A stretch of DNA of 58,482 nucleotides, filler included, from Pirum gemmata (taxonomy: Eukaryota), in the NCBI GenBank assembly GCA_002812295.1. It is 8 parts of 8 records of this genome, joined end to end, with 100 filler letters (N's around TTAATTAATTAA, not from the genome) between each part and the next. Parts side by side here need not be neighbours in the genome. Positions count along the whole stretch, not along the records: positions 1 to 6,771 come from PDIN01000218.1; positions 6,872 to 13,714 come from PDIN01000219.1; 6 more parts are not named here. One strand, given 5' to 3'. Under the pieces are notes generated by a model. The model worked only from the letters and a program-made list of their open reading frames with translations, was not told the origin of the DNA and did no database searches. Below are positions 1 to 12,840 of the stretch, piece after piece. Every line of letters begins with the position of its first letter. The stretch's first letter is position 1. A program made the translations under genes and the position numbers.

Positions 1-125
1 AATAATAATAATAATAATAATACAACTATACACAGCACAATGTATATAAATAGATAAAAACAATTAAAACAAAGGAAAAAACAAAACCCAAAACCAAAAG
101 TTAGGGATGGTTATATTTTAAATAC

Positions 126-181
126 TTGGCACATTGTGTTCCAGAAAGAAGCTTAGCAGAGTATTCTTCGTCAGTCGACAT
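126..181 (-). CDS. First exon of a probable FolD/C1-tetrahydrofolate synthase (MTHFD1-like) gene; the rest lies outside the window
   Basis: ATG at 181 in an AAAA context. Reads MSTDEEYSAKLLSGTQCA(K), then a GTATTT donor at 125. AKLLSGTQCAK resembles the conserved FolD N-terminus (AxIlsGxxxAk). Only 18 codons. Confidence 0.45.
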
Positions 182-1921
182 TTTTTAATAGTAAAAATGA
201 TAATAAAATAGAATTATAATGATTATTACTATGACTATGAGGAGGAGTGGGAGGATAGGGATAAGGATAAATGACAATTATATATATATATGAAAATAGT
301 ATGATAATAACGATAATGTTAATGTTAATGACTAAGATAAATAATTATTAAAATGTTAAAAAATTAATGAAAATACTAGAAAAATAATAAAAATAATAAT
401 ATGATAGATTTGTATGAGTCAATGATTCATATATTTAATATATGGTAATTATAGTGTAATTATGATAGTGGTAATTAGATATCATAATCAGCTGATCATA
501 ATATCATTTTTATTAGTCTATTATTAGAGTAGTCCTCGTGGCTAGCTAGCTAACTAGTATATTAAAGCTAGCCTAATTACTGTTTATTAGGTATTTTATA
601 ATTATTTTACCATCTTTTTTTAACCTTTTTAATGTTCATAAAAAAATCTTTAAAAAGGCAAATTATATTATTAAAACTACCAAATAAGCGAAGGGAAAAT
701 AACCCTTTCGGGCACCTCTAGCTAGCTAGCTACTAGCTAGTTTCAGGCACCATCCAGTTTCACAGTTACACTATCAATGATACATTGTCTTCGTTAGATG
801 ATACATTGTACGATAGCTACTAGCTAGCTAGAGATCTCTAGCTAGCTAGTCTGAGTATTTGTAGAATTTGTAGCAGTAGCTAGCTAGTAGTAGTATCATA
901 GCAAGTAGCTCGGTCTACTGAGAAAAAAAAAGTGAGTTTGAAAAAGTCAAAAACTATTATTATATAAAAATTTAGCCTTTTATTATAATGAATATAAAAA
1001 AAACTTGAAAAAGGCAAAAAAGTCACAATGCTAGCTAGTACTGAGTCAATGTTCACTATTTTTTCCTGGGATTTTTTAAAAAAATAAAAGGGAACACTCA
1101 TTAGTGACGTCACTTTTTGAAATATCCTTTTTCGGGATTTCCATTTAAATGGCTTAGATCGCAATCTGAAAGCTTTTAACATTAGGTAGGGTCGGAAGAC
1201 TGTCGGAAGTTAGATTAAGGTGTGGGAGGAAATTCCTGAGAGTGAAATTCCCCACTAATTCCCCGCTGCTGGCTGGACTGTGCTTTTCAATAGTGTTGTT
1301 GTCCAGTTCAGAAACTGAAACTAGCTAGGAAACTGAAAAAATGTTTTATCCTGTTCAAAACTGAAATACTCACATCTACATTATAAATTTATAATTAGTA
1401 AGTCTCATTGCTTTATTAAAACTAAATACCAGGGTACCAGTATGTGGTCACTATGTGGTCTATCGTCTATTTCATTTCAGTTGTCCTCTCAATCTTTAAT
1501 TTGATACTGTTTAATTAAGTGTATAATTGAACTTGTTTACAAAATAAAATATTAATTAAGTATAAAAATTTAATACCAAATTAATTAAAACATGTCTGAT
1601 AGTTTAACCATAATAATAATTTGGTACGTTTATTTCCCCGGTACCGTACATACTCAAGAGTATGTATTAATATTTTAATTAATAATAATAATTAATAGAC
1701 TATTAACGTTATTTTAATTAATTAATATTAATTTTTAATAAAAATATATAAATATATATCGGATATATCATACCACTATTATTATAAAGGAGGTCGGTCT
1801 ATATATATCACATTATCGATATATAATATCACATATATATTATGATAAATCGTTCTTTTCATTTATTTTGTCACTTTGCTATTATTATAAGGGGGGTCTA
1901 TATATATCACATATATGATAA

Positions 1922-2106
1922 ATCGTTCTTTTCATTTATTTAAATATGTCACTCTGAATATTCATTTGGAGGGTTATAATATTTAAATAGACATTTTTAA
2001 ATAAATAAATAGATAATAAAAGACACCAAATTAAATTAAATGGTTCATATTGTATTAATTTGGTACTATTTATTGTATATTTTTGATGACAAAACAGAAA
2101 AGCACA
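1922..2106 (+). mobile_element. MITE family A copy (about 185 bp)
   Basis: Matches copies at 40406 and 49332 along their length; TIR-like ends (..ttttcatttatt / tgacaaaacagaaaagcac). Confidence 0.75.
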
Positions 2107-2459
2107 TTACTAGCCATTGCACTTTGCACTGTTTGCAGGTTGATATCATAGCTTAGTTAGTATCTTAGTATTGATAGTATTGATAGTATTGATAGCTAGT
2201 CTACTAGCTAGCTAGTAGACTAGCTAGTAGTCTAGCTAGCTAGCTAGCTTCTACAGAGAGGGTCTAGCTAGCTAGTAGTACTGATTAGTAGCTAGCTAGT
2301 AGACTGGTATATAATAGAGACTGGGGCCTAGCTAGCTAGTTTAGCTAGTCTGGAGGAGGGAGGGATTTGCAATTTTGCACCACACACACTCAAAAAAAGT
2401 TTTTCCTGGAGTCCTCTATAGCTGGAGTCCTTTTTTTTTAGCTTTTTTTTACTACGCTG

Positions 2460-2725
2460 ACTGTTCAGTTTAATACTTCACTTTCATATTCTTCGAATTT
2501 ACTTTCAACTTTTAATTAAATTTAGCCTATAGCGTCGGAGGTTGTTGTCATCTATTACAACAGCTATTACAGCCCCAATAGAGTCACAAGCTTTCCTTAC
2601 TTTAGAGAAGTCAATTTTTTTTACTGGTCACTTTATATCTGAATTCTTTATATTGAGAATATTCACAAAAAATTCTTAAAACTTACCTTCCCAGATCTCA
2701 TTAATTTTTTTCTCCTTGCATTGTA
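2460..2725 (-). pseudogene. Degenerate duplicate of the 3' coding end (about 2998-3230) of the adjacent nuclease gene
   Basis: Colinear similarity, e.g. 2485 catattcttcgaatttactttcaactttt vs 3018 catattcgtcgaatttattttcaactttt, caatagagtcacaagctttc vs caatagagtcaaaagctttc, and a shared cccagatct. Contains indels and has no open frame. Confidence 0.8.
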
Positions 2726-2955
2726 ATAATCATAATAATAATAATAATAATTAATAAAAACAAAGAAAACGAAATACATCATTAAATTTGTCCACAAAGG
2801 TGACGGCTACGAGGGGGTAGTCACAAAAGAAACAACTATGATACTTTTAAACATGGATTATATTATTAAACTTGAAATTTATTATTTTAAACCGCAAAAA
2901 TAACGACTACGAGGTACAGATGAACAGATATTAATAATTAGCTTCTTTTTTAGTT

Positions 2956-5900
2956 TTAGAGTCCTCTATTCTCACAGAATTTCTTAAACTTACCATACAG
3001 TTCAGTTACTTTACGGTCATATTCGTCGAATTTATTTTCAACTTTTAAATTTAAACTATAGCATCGGCGGACGCTGCTATCTATTTCAACCTCAATAGAG
3101 TCAAAAGCTTTCTTTACGTTACATATATTAAACTGTTTATAATCAACTCGATTAGGAGTGTTATCGGACGTTTCACAAAATTCGTTTAAATTACCCCAGA
3201 TCTTTATAATTTTTTTCTTTCTGCATAGGATAAGATTGTTTTCTTTCCATTTTTCTTGAGAACCAGTTTTTTCCTTATAATATTTTAAAGCGAGAATAAA
3301 TAACTTCACCAAATTAGCTTGAGATTCACTCGTACCCTTCTCTTCTTTACTCTTCCCTTTAAGTTTATTCTTCTTCATTTTAAGTTTATTCTTCTCAGTT
3401 TTCCTTTTTTTGGAGTCTGGGTTTCCAGAGTCTGAGTTTCCAGAGTCTTCACGTGATCTCTTAAGCTTATGGGACCCTTCTTCATCATAACCAGAGTCGT
3501 CAGAAGAACTACATATTGAATGTGAGCGATAATTATATGGTGATTCACCACCAGATTCATCAAAATGTGGTGCTGTTGGTTGTTGTTGTTGTTGTTGAGA
3601 GGCAGTTGGTGTTTGTTGTTGTTGTTGTGAAGCAGGTTGTGTTTGTTGTTGTTGTTGTGCAGCAGGTCGTTGCAAATCAGGTTCAATTGTTTCTATTTGT
3701 ATTTCATTTAAATACCGGAGAAAAATATTTACGCTCATGCAATATTTCCAATCTTCATTGTAACGGTCCCCGATAAGATTATCAATACAATATCTAGTGT
3801 TTCGATCATTTACATTTCCGTTCCATCCAGATATCAATTTTATTACAGTTTCTTCATTGATTTTGTTTATCCACTCATGGGCAACCATTAGAAAATTTCT
3901 TTGATATTCTTTACTCAGTTTACAGCTCAGTTTACTGTTCGGTTTGTTTAGGTTTTCGTATTTTAGCTTTTCAAAAAATTTATAACAGTATTCTTTTTGT
4001 TCTGGTTTGTTCAAAGTTTCAAATATATGTCTATGAAAATTCTCTAAATCTTTATCGGGTATGTCTGGAAAATCTTTCACATAAAAATGACTATCACAAA
4101 ACTTTTCTTCTTGGTTTGCAGTTTTATTACACCGGCGTTTGTCTACATAATAATGACATCTGGAGCATTTATTAGCCGTTATTTCCTCTTTACAAAAAAT
4201 TTCTATTTATAGGATTTGATATTGAAATTATTGTATTAGTAAAATGATATATAAAGGTAGTATATTGAAAATTGTAAATTGTTGTTAGTAATAATGGGTT
4301 AGGGGTTAGTCCAAAATGATTTTCTAATTATATTATTAAAGATTCTAAAGATTAAAGGGATAGGGGTTAGGTTAGGTTAGGGTTAGGGTCAGGAGCGATG
4401 ATTCTTTAGGTTCTGGTTTTAAAAGGCAAATTGAAAGAAAAAAAGAGAAAAAAATACCTTCTTCACCTTTACTAGATCCATACATTGGCTCATCACATAG
4501 TTTTGGTGGATCACTATTTGGCCCGTCATCCTCGTTACAATCATTGCTCTTCTTTATTTTTTCTTCCACATATTCTTTAAATTTTTCCGACAATTTTTTG
4601 TGTTGTTCTTCGAATACCGAAATTTCTTGATTGTCGACCTCTATCTTCTTTATCTCAAAAGCTTTGCAAATCTTCTCTATATATATTACATGAAGATCTA
4701 CCCAATCATTATAATTTGTTGGGTTACTCGGCATTCTTTCTAAAAGTTTGTTGACACGAAAATTTGTTTGATCCTCCTGTAATTGCTTTAATTTTTGTGC
4801 TGGCGGATGATTTCTTAGTCTTGAATTTTCGCTTCTAGTAACTATTGTTAAATTTCCAAGTTTGTGTTTCTTTTTACTTATTTCGTCATCATATATAGTT
4901 ATATCGAAATTTGGCTTTTTTGAAAAAAAATGTTCTATAGAAATACTATCGAGAATACTATCGCTTCCATAAGGAATAACCCCTTTCAAGTCTTTAGATA
5001 AATAATAATCTTGCTCAAGCCTCCAAAAAATAAATTTGGTGGCCATATTAATATTTTTGTTATTTTCTTTATAAAAGTCTTTTGTTGACAATATTTCAAT
5101 CAAGTCTCTGTGGGCATCAAGATTGGAAGGCTGCATACCATCATACATGGTTTTCATATCTTTAACAATTCTTTCTTTGTATTTTTTGCTTTTGCATACA
5201 CTATTCAGTATATACAGTTGTATTGTCGATACCAATTTCTGAAAATCTTTCACATCTTTTTCTTGAGGGCGAACAAATCCTTTACTAATGTCTTGTTTGT
5301 CATATAACCAAGCAAGCACTGTTACCTCCCACAAATCCCACAAATCAGACGTTTCAGACCAGAACCGCAACCCATTTATTGCTCGTGAAGTTGATACATC
5401 AAAATTTTTGTGATCATCAATGTATTTTTTGAGTTCACTAATCATGTATAAAGTCTTAATCATATTTGATGCCTCTTTTAAACTGTTTTTTTTTAAATCG
5501 AAAAAATAACGATGCTGCGGACTATTGTCGTTACTTAGATCTTTATTAACCGAATCCTTTATGTCTTCCAAAGCAATTTTATCTTCCTTTTTGCAAAACT
5601 CCAAGAATTTTACGACTTGAAATGACTTAACCAAAAAATTTTCCATCTTTTTCGTAGTATCGTATCGTTTGTACAAAATTTTCCAATTATCTGCTGCTAT
5701 TTTTCCTCCGTCATTCATCTCCTTACGCCTATTATTTTGCAAACAATAATAAAACCGTGCCCTTATATAATCTGTTACGTGTAAATCTATACCCGTGCGG
5801 TTCGTATTAAATACAGTTATAGCATCTTCCTCCTTAACAAAAAGGGCGATCAGGATAGTTTTTGTGCAAAGATAATCAAGAAACGAAGCTGTTTCATCTA

Positions 5901-6519
5901 GCTTTTTATTTTGTAAATCCAATTCGTTTTCAATTAATTCAAGGTTACTAGCTAACAAGTCTTGTACTTCTTTCGTGTTTTCCAACCAATCTGATGTGAC
6001 TGTTCGATTAAGGACATCGTAATTATTTAAATCCATTTTATCATTTTCCAACCAAATGTTATTATTATTTTTACGATAAATAATTTTTTCAATCCTACTC
6101 ATTAAGTTTTGATTAATTGGCCATGCTTTCTTATGTTTTTTAATATAATCATAGCAGTATTTTAAGATAAGGGTAATTGAGGTTAACCTTTGCTGTCCGT
6201 CTACAATATCAAACTTGTGAGTATTATTGTCACGGTTAAGTTTCAGGCATAGGCATATTGTACCAAGAGAGTAAGGTGTTTTGTCTTTTTCGCTCTTGTT
6301 TTGGTTCAAATAAACAGACATTTTGATGTCCTTAATAAAGGTTTTGATCTTGTTCCTGTCCCAGCAATACAGCCTTTGGTAATCAGGTACGCTAAAAGTG
6401 TGTTCATCTTCACTGAGAGTTTCCAGGGAAACTTGATGAGTAGCTACGAATTGCCCTGAATTAGGATTATGTTCGTCAAATTTAAATTTACTATAGTTAA
6501 ACTGAGATTCGTCGCTCAT
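2956..6519 (-). CDS. Two-exon gene (6519-4458 + 4202-2956; 1102 aa): GmrSD-like DUF262 + DUF1524 (HNH) nuclease fused to a CCCH-like zinc finger, polyQ, basic segment and unknown C-terminal domain
   Basis: DUF262 motifs VPDYQRLYCW, IVDGQQRLTS, FNTNRTG. DUF1524 motifs SIEHFFSK and LGNLTIVTRSENSRLRN. Donor AAG|GTATTT at 4457, acceptor TAG| at 4203, branch-like TACTAAC (4290-4284) and TACTAAT (4241-4235). The phase-1 join is in frame with ORF 2956..4080 and adds 40 stop-free codons containing RCHYYVDKRRCNKTANQEEKFCDSH. Confidence 0.85.
4203..4457 (-). other. Predicted 255-nt spliceosomal intron of the GmrSD-like gene
   Basis: GT...AG ends, branch-point motifs, AT-rich with host-type TTAGGG-like repeats (4296-4390); removal restores a single reading frame. 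Confidence 0.8.
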
Positions 6520-6771
6520 TTTATTTTTTACTTAGTTCAATTGTACGTTGTTTTACTTATTTGTTTCATCAAATTTTGTTTATTTATTTATGTTTTAATA
6601 AATTTTAATTCTTTGATTTATTTCAAGGTTGGTGTTAGGTATAAAATCCATTTATTTATCAAACTTTATTTAAATTTATATTTATTGATTGATTCTCATG
6701 TATATATTATTATTATTATTATTTTCTACTATGATATTGTTTTATTTTCATTTTTTTTTTTTTTTTGCATT

Positions 6772-6871
6772 NNNNNNNNNNNNNNNNNNNNNNNNNNNNN
6801 NNNNNNNNNNNNNNNTTAATTAATTAANNNNNNNNNNNNNNNNNNNNNNNNNNNNNNNNNNNNNNNNNNNN
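6772..6871. other. Artificial contig linker N44-TTAATTAATTAA-N44
   Basis: 100-nt spacer with a six-frame stop core, repeated identically seven times in the window. Confidence 0.97.
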
Positions 6872-8865
6872 TACAATACAATACAATACAATATAATATA
6901 ATATAATCCAATACAATACAATACAATATAATATAATATAATCCAATATAATCCAATATAATACAAATATAATTCAAATATAATGCAATACAAGTTATAC
7001 AACACACGATACAACGCAATATTTGTACAATGAATACAATATTATCATATGTAATCATTGTAAAAATCTTAAATAATGTTAAAAAACACGGACTTCTAGA
7101 AAGCCTTTTTTTTTTTTTTTCTTGGAACACCTTCTGTTTTTTTCTCAAAAATTGTTTACAAACTGTTTACAAATTATTAGTTTACAAATATTTATTTTAT
7201 TATAGACTAGTCTAAATTTTTTTGAAAAATATTTTTTAAAATTTTTACCAATTTTACAGCTAATTTTACGGTCTGCCGTTTTTAAAATATCTAATAAAAA
7301 GATACCAGTAAAAAATCTCAAGATGGAAAAATCTGAACATGGAATTGAATCTAGAAGGGTATTTTTGTCAACTAAGGCATCTATATTGGTATTTTAAACC
7401 CTTTAATCGACATCTGGATACANNNNNNNNNNNNNNNNNNNNNNNNNNNNNNNNNNNNNNNNNNNNNNNNNNNNNNNNNNNNNNNNNNNNNNNNNNNNNN
7501 NNNNNNNNNNNNNNNNNNNNNNNNNNNNNNNNNNNNNNNNNNNNNNNNNNNNNNNNNNNNNNNNNNNNNNNGATTTATGGTTTTATTACTATTAATGTTA
7601 ATTTTATTACTTTAATTGGTAACTACTATAATTAGATTTACTATTTTAAGTTATTTAACTGCTATTATTAGTAAAGAACACGAGATTTTTCCATAGTATC
7701 TATATCATCTATAGATATCATATATATCATAATAATATTATATATACTATTGATATAATATTATAATACAAATATTATATATAATGTAGTTTTGTAGTAT
7801 CTATCATATATTCTATTATATCGTGCTTTTCAGTTGTTTTCTCAACATAAAATATACAATAAAGAGTACCAAATTAATACTATATAAATCCATTTAATTT
7901 AATTAACTAAAAATAATCAAATAACTAAATTAAAATTAATTATTAATAAAAAATTAGTTCAACAAAGAAAATGTTATTAATATAATAATAAATTATATTT
8001 CCAATTGATAATTAATATTATAATATGTACACGTACATGTATTACTAAGTTATATATTATTATAATAAACTATGTATTAATATCACGATAGAAGTTCATA
8101 TTAAAAGCACATAAATGTGGATTCATTATATTAGATTAAAAGCTTAAATGTTGTGATAATTCATAAACAACATCATTAATTATATTATATAATGTATTAA
8201 TATTGTTGTATTGTTGCATTGTTGTATTGTTGTATTGTTGTATTGTTGTATTGTTGTATTGTTGTATTGTTGTATTGTTGTATTGTTGTATTACATATCA
8301 TAATACTAATAGAATTTCCAACAAAACTTTTATTAGAATGGCAATAAATAGGTGATGTTTTTATCTAGGATGTATCAATATATTATAATTCTTGTTTATA
8401 TATTATAATATTGATGAAACAAAATTGCTTTATATGATAATATAAACCAGTATGAGCAGTATGATATTAATATCGCTTTCGGATAAAAATAGCGACATCC
8501 ATGGCCACCATAATATGAGCTCAAAAATCAAAAAAAAAAAAACTCAAAATAATCCAATTTTAATGAAAGTACTACCAATTTTTGAGAAATATTCTAACTA
8601 AGAAAAACCTATTATGAACCAATGGCTAGTTTTTAAAAATAATTTGGCCAGTTGGAATCGAAAAGAAGTTTGAAAAAAAAAAAGATTTCTAGTCTACAAT
8701 TTTTGCAGGTTTTATTCGGCTGCTGTTCAAAAAAAATAATAATAATAATAATCCATCTGATTATGATTCTGATAATCCATAGTTAATCCATAGATTCCAT
8801 ACTGAATAATCAAATAAATAAATAAATAAAATACATAATGAATACTAATAATAATTATTTTTTAA

Positions 8866-9104
8866 CTGCCAAGCCGGATAAAAATTACAACATCTGCTAT
8901 GTGAGCTCAAAACCCGAAAATCTCAAAATACTCCAATTTTAATTTTAAGTACTACAAAATTTGGAGGTAACATATAACTAAAAATTTCTATTATAACTCT
9001 TTATTTATGAGCCAATTGCCAGTTTTTAAAAATAATTTGGGTAGTTAATATTAAAGATTCTTAGAAAGAAGTCTATAAAAAAATGATTTCTACAGTTTTA
9101 TCCG
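8866..9104 (+). mobile_element. MITE family D copy (another at about 8480-8725)
   Basis: ttaa-ctgccaagccggataaaa ... ttttatccgg; the interior matches 58096-58330. Confidence 0.75.
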
Positions 9105-12100
9105 GGACAAAAAACAAAAAAACAAAAAACAGATCAAAAAAGCTCAAAAAAGCTCAAAAAAAGTATCAAAAATATCATGATTTGCCTTTTTTGTTCGTTA
9201 ATAAATAGTAATGCCTAATAAGGACAGACACCAATAGATACTAAAAATACTAAAGTATGAGTCCGTATGACCGAGATTATCTACTGTACGTAACCAATTT
9301 CCGATCAAATACCGCTTCAAATACACCTACCTACCTACCCCTCGACGTTAATTTCCGGTCTAATACCACCTACCTACCTACCCCTTGACACCTATGATGA
9401 GCTAGAGCCATAATGAGTATGTTCGAGTGTTATGACTCTTATGAGTGTGATAGATTCATTTATTTATATATTATTTTATTAATAAACAGGAAAAAAACAA
9501 GCCTTTAGCAAAAAAACGATTTCTATATGTCATTGTACAGTTTTATCTGGCTTGTACCTAATGATAATTATTATAATTTGATGCTGTAGGTCATGAATAA
9601 AAGACATATTTAATACATCATTATGATTTATATAATTGTCATTATGATGTATTATTGACAATTATTATTCATCATAATGATGTATATTATTATCTGATAA
9701 TGATCATATTATTTATTATTATACTATAATATAAATTTATAATTATCGCTATAATAATATTAAATTAATATTAATCATATATATACCATTCATGCCAATT
9801 ATAATATTAGTTCTAATAATATATATTATAAATACTGTACCATAATTATAGAGTTCTACTAGAATGTCTCAAAAAATCATACTTTTAAAAAACTCTATTC
9901 ATAATAAACTAGCTAGTTTACTAAGACTACACTTTGGTAGTTACTACTACTAGCTAGGTATCATAGTAAATTGTTATCCAATGCTACATACAGTTACTAT
10001 GATTTTTAGCTAGCTAGATGAAATTATGATAAGAATAAGCTACTGTAGTTCTATTAGTTCTATTAATAATATCTTTTAAAAATATCTATCAATATTATCT
10101 GATAGTATCAATAAGAGTATATTAAAGTAGAGTATAAGTAGTATATATAATATAACATTGAAGCATTGAATTACTATTGAATTTAATAGTATTTTAAAAC
10201 TATTTTTTAAAGCTTAGTACCGGTATGTCAGATATGCCTGAGACATATTTGAAATATTTCTATAAAGAGTTTTCATAGAGTTTTCATAGTCTCATAGACT
10301 GTTTTCATACTGTTTTCATCTCTCTTTACTATTTTTTTAAAAAAGTAAAGACTAATTAATAACCAGACAGAGTTTAGATTTTTGTTTTGAAGTTTTTATT
10401 ATTATTATTATTAGTCTATATTATCATAGACTATATTATCATAGACTAATATTTACACTGAGAGATTATTTACATAATTATATAATATTTTGATATAATT
10501 ATAATATATCTGATATAAAATTATGTATACTGTATATTATGATAATATATAATATAATAATACGGTATTAATACCCTACCACTGGTATTTGTCATATAAT
10601 CATATATAGCTATTACGAAAAATTATATTACGATAGTCTATGATATAACTTTTTTAAAAAATATATAAAATGAATCAAGAATGAATCAAATGAATCTCTC
10701 TCCACTCTCTCCCCTAACTCTCCCCTACCACTAGATTTTTACTAGTCTATTGTAGCTATGATAGATTTTACTAGCTAGTTTACAACTTTACATACACATA
10801 ATACAGTCTACAGACAGAACTGGGCACCTAGCTAGCTAAATCATCATTAGACAAGTTACGTCAACTTACGTGTCGGAGTATTACTTTTAAACGGTGACGG
10901 TTACGACACTATTATGATATTATTATCATCAGATTATCATGATACAATAAATTAACTATTGGTGATATAAATTATTATGTTCAGCACTTGGTCAGCGCAC
11001 CCGCTTTTTTAAAATAATACCGATGTTTGACAGAACTTTGACTAGACTGTTTTTGAGCTAGGTTTTTTTCTAGAGGTTTTTTTGAGATCTCTGATTCTCT
11101 AACTTTTGCGTTTCACCAGAATTTCCAATTTTCGAATATAAGTAGAGTAATAGGTATTTTATAATTTTTATTACGTTTGAAATTTTGAAAAAAAGTAGAA
11201 CTTCTAAAGAAAAAAAAAATAGTTTCAAACTTCAAAATGGTTCAACTAATAATCTAATATCTAACTGAAAATCTATCAACCAGTCTGATTCTGATTCAAA
11301 ACAAAAATTTGTTTTTCAACAGTTTTTCAAGTGTTTTTCAATTTCAACATCTATATAATAATATAAATTATATAATATATATAATAATATTGCAAATTGC
11401 AAGACTGTTAAAAGTCTTATAAATACTATCATACTATGATACTACAGTCTACACTACTATTTAATACTAGCTAGACCCGTCTACGCGGTAGTCTATAAAA
11501 TTATCGATAAAGTCTACAATGTCATGACTCTACATTGTCTACAACCAGTAGACCAAGTCATCAACACTCATTGTCATTCAATAATATTGGTACCAATAAG
11601 GGTTATGTTCCACAGCATTTCCACAGCACTTCCACAGACACTTGGTAATATAATAATATTATATTTAATAGCCTATTCATGATCAGTTGGTAAACCTTCG
11701 AACTCCAAGGTTTACTTTCTAATCAGCAAGCATATGCTTATATGATATACTTCCTTATGAGCATATATTTTAACAATATATAATAATTATCTTGAAATCA
11801 TGTCAGATACCTTTAAAATTTCAATACAGATCAGGGGATTATACAGCAGTGCCCTTATTATTAAACCCTCCCATAGCTACAATGTCATGTCTAGCTACCA
11901 AGTATGCATAGTTATAATATCGATGTTCGTGTTTTTCAATAGTGTTATCAAGTTCAAAAACTGAAATAAACATACCAAATTATTATTATTATTAAACTAT
12001 CAGTCATTGTTTTGATTAATTTGGCATTTTACACTTTTAAAATGTTGTATTTTATAAACAAGTTCAACTATACACTTAATTTTAAACAGTATCAAATCAA

Positions 12101-12270
12101 AGATTGAGAGAGAACAGCTATAGAAGTTCCTAGCTAGTAGATACAATTAATATTAAGTCAATATTAAGTCTAGAAACAAGCAAGGAGCAACTTTACTTAA
12201 GTGCTATCAATAGCTAAACTATGGATAGAATACTATGATATCGATAATGATACTATTAGTAGAGCGATAT

Positions 12271-12459
12271 TATGGCGCTTTTCAGTTGTTTTGGCATCAT
12301 AAAATATACAATAAAAAGTATGAAATTAATACAATATAAATCCATTTCATTTAATTTGGTATATTTTGTTATATATATATTTATTTAAAAGTATCAATTT
12401 AAATATTATAAACAACCAAATAAATATTCGGAGTGACAAAATAAATTAAAAGCACAATA
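12271..12459 (-). mobile_element. MITE family A copy
   Basis: gcttttcagttgttttggcatcat ... gtgacaaaataaattaaaagcacaata; reverse orientation relative to 49332. Confidence 0.8.
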
Positions 12460-12725
12460 CACTCTTTTCTAAATATTACTACAATAGACCCCAGTCTACC
12501 TACTAGCTAGCTAGTAGCTATCGATAGCTACTACAGTATACTATCCATAGCTAGCTAGCTAAGCTATCATAGATATGATAGCTCTAGCTAGCTAGCTAGC
12601 TAGTAGAGTCTAGCTATCATAGTAGTCTATAGCAGTTCTATAGCATAGCCGAACCCATAGTCTAGCTAGCTGGGACCGCTACTACTACTACTACTAGCTA
12701 GCTAGCTAACTAGAGCTAATGCTTA

Positions 12726-12840
12726 GGGAACGTTCAAATAATACGTCACGTCAAGGGGTAGGTAAGTAGGTTGTATTTGACCAGAAATTAACGTCGAGGG
12801 GTAGATAGATAGGGGTATTTGAAGTTGTAGTTGGCGTTAC
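12726..12840 (+). mobile_element. MITE family C copy (others at about 9290-9390, 24995-25115, 27609-27731, 31817-31935, 49896-49957)
   Basis: tta-gggaacgttcaaataatacgtcacgtcaaggggtaggta...; the same internal GGTA repeats occur in all copies. Confidence 0.8.

Noticed and set aside
4372..4457. C-terminus GIFFSFFLSICLL...LTLTLT of the 715-aa ORF as a membrane anchor
   Set aside because: Read-through into the predicted intron; the LTLT tail is translated CCCTAA repeat.
6816..6827. Recurring TTAATTAATTAA palindrome between N runs
   Set aside because: Artificial six-frame-stop linker used to concatenate contigs; not biological.
12726..12840. Family C internal repeats (GGGGTAGGTAGGTAGG..TATTTGA twice) as a CRISPR-like array
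   Set aside because: Only two units, constant between dispersed copies, bounded by TIRs; it is a MITE and no cas genes are present.
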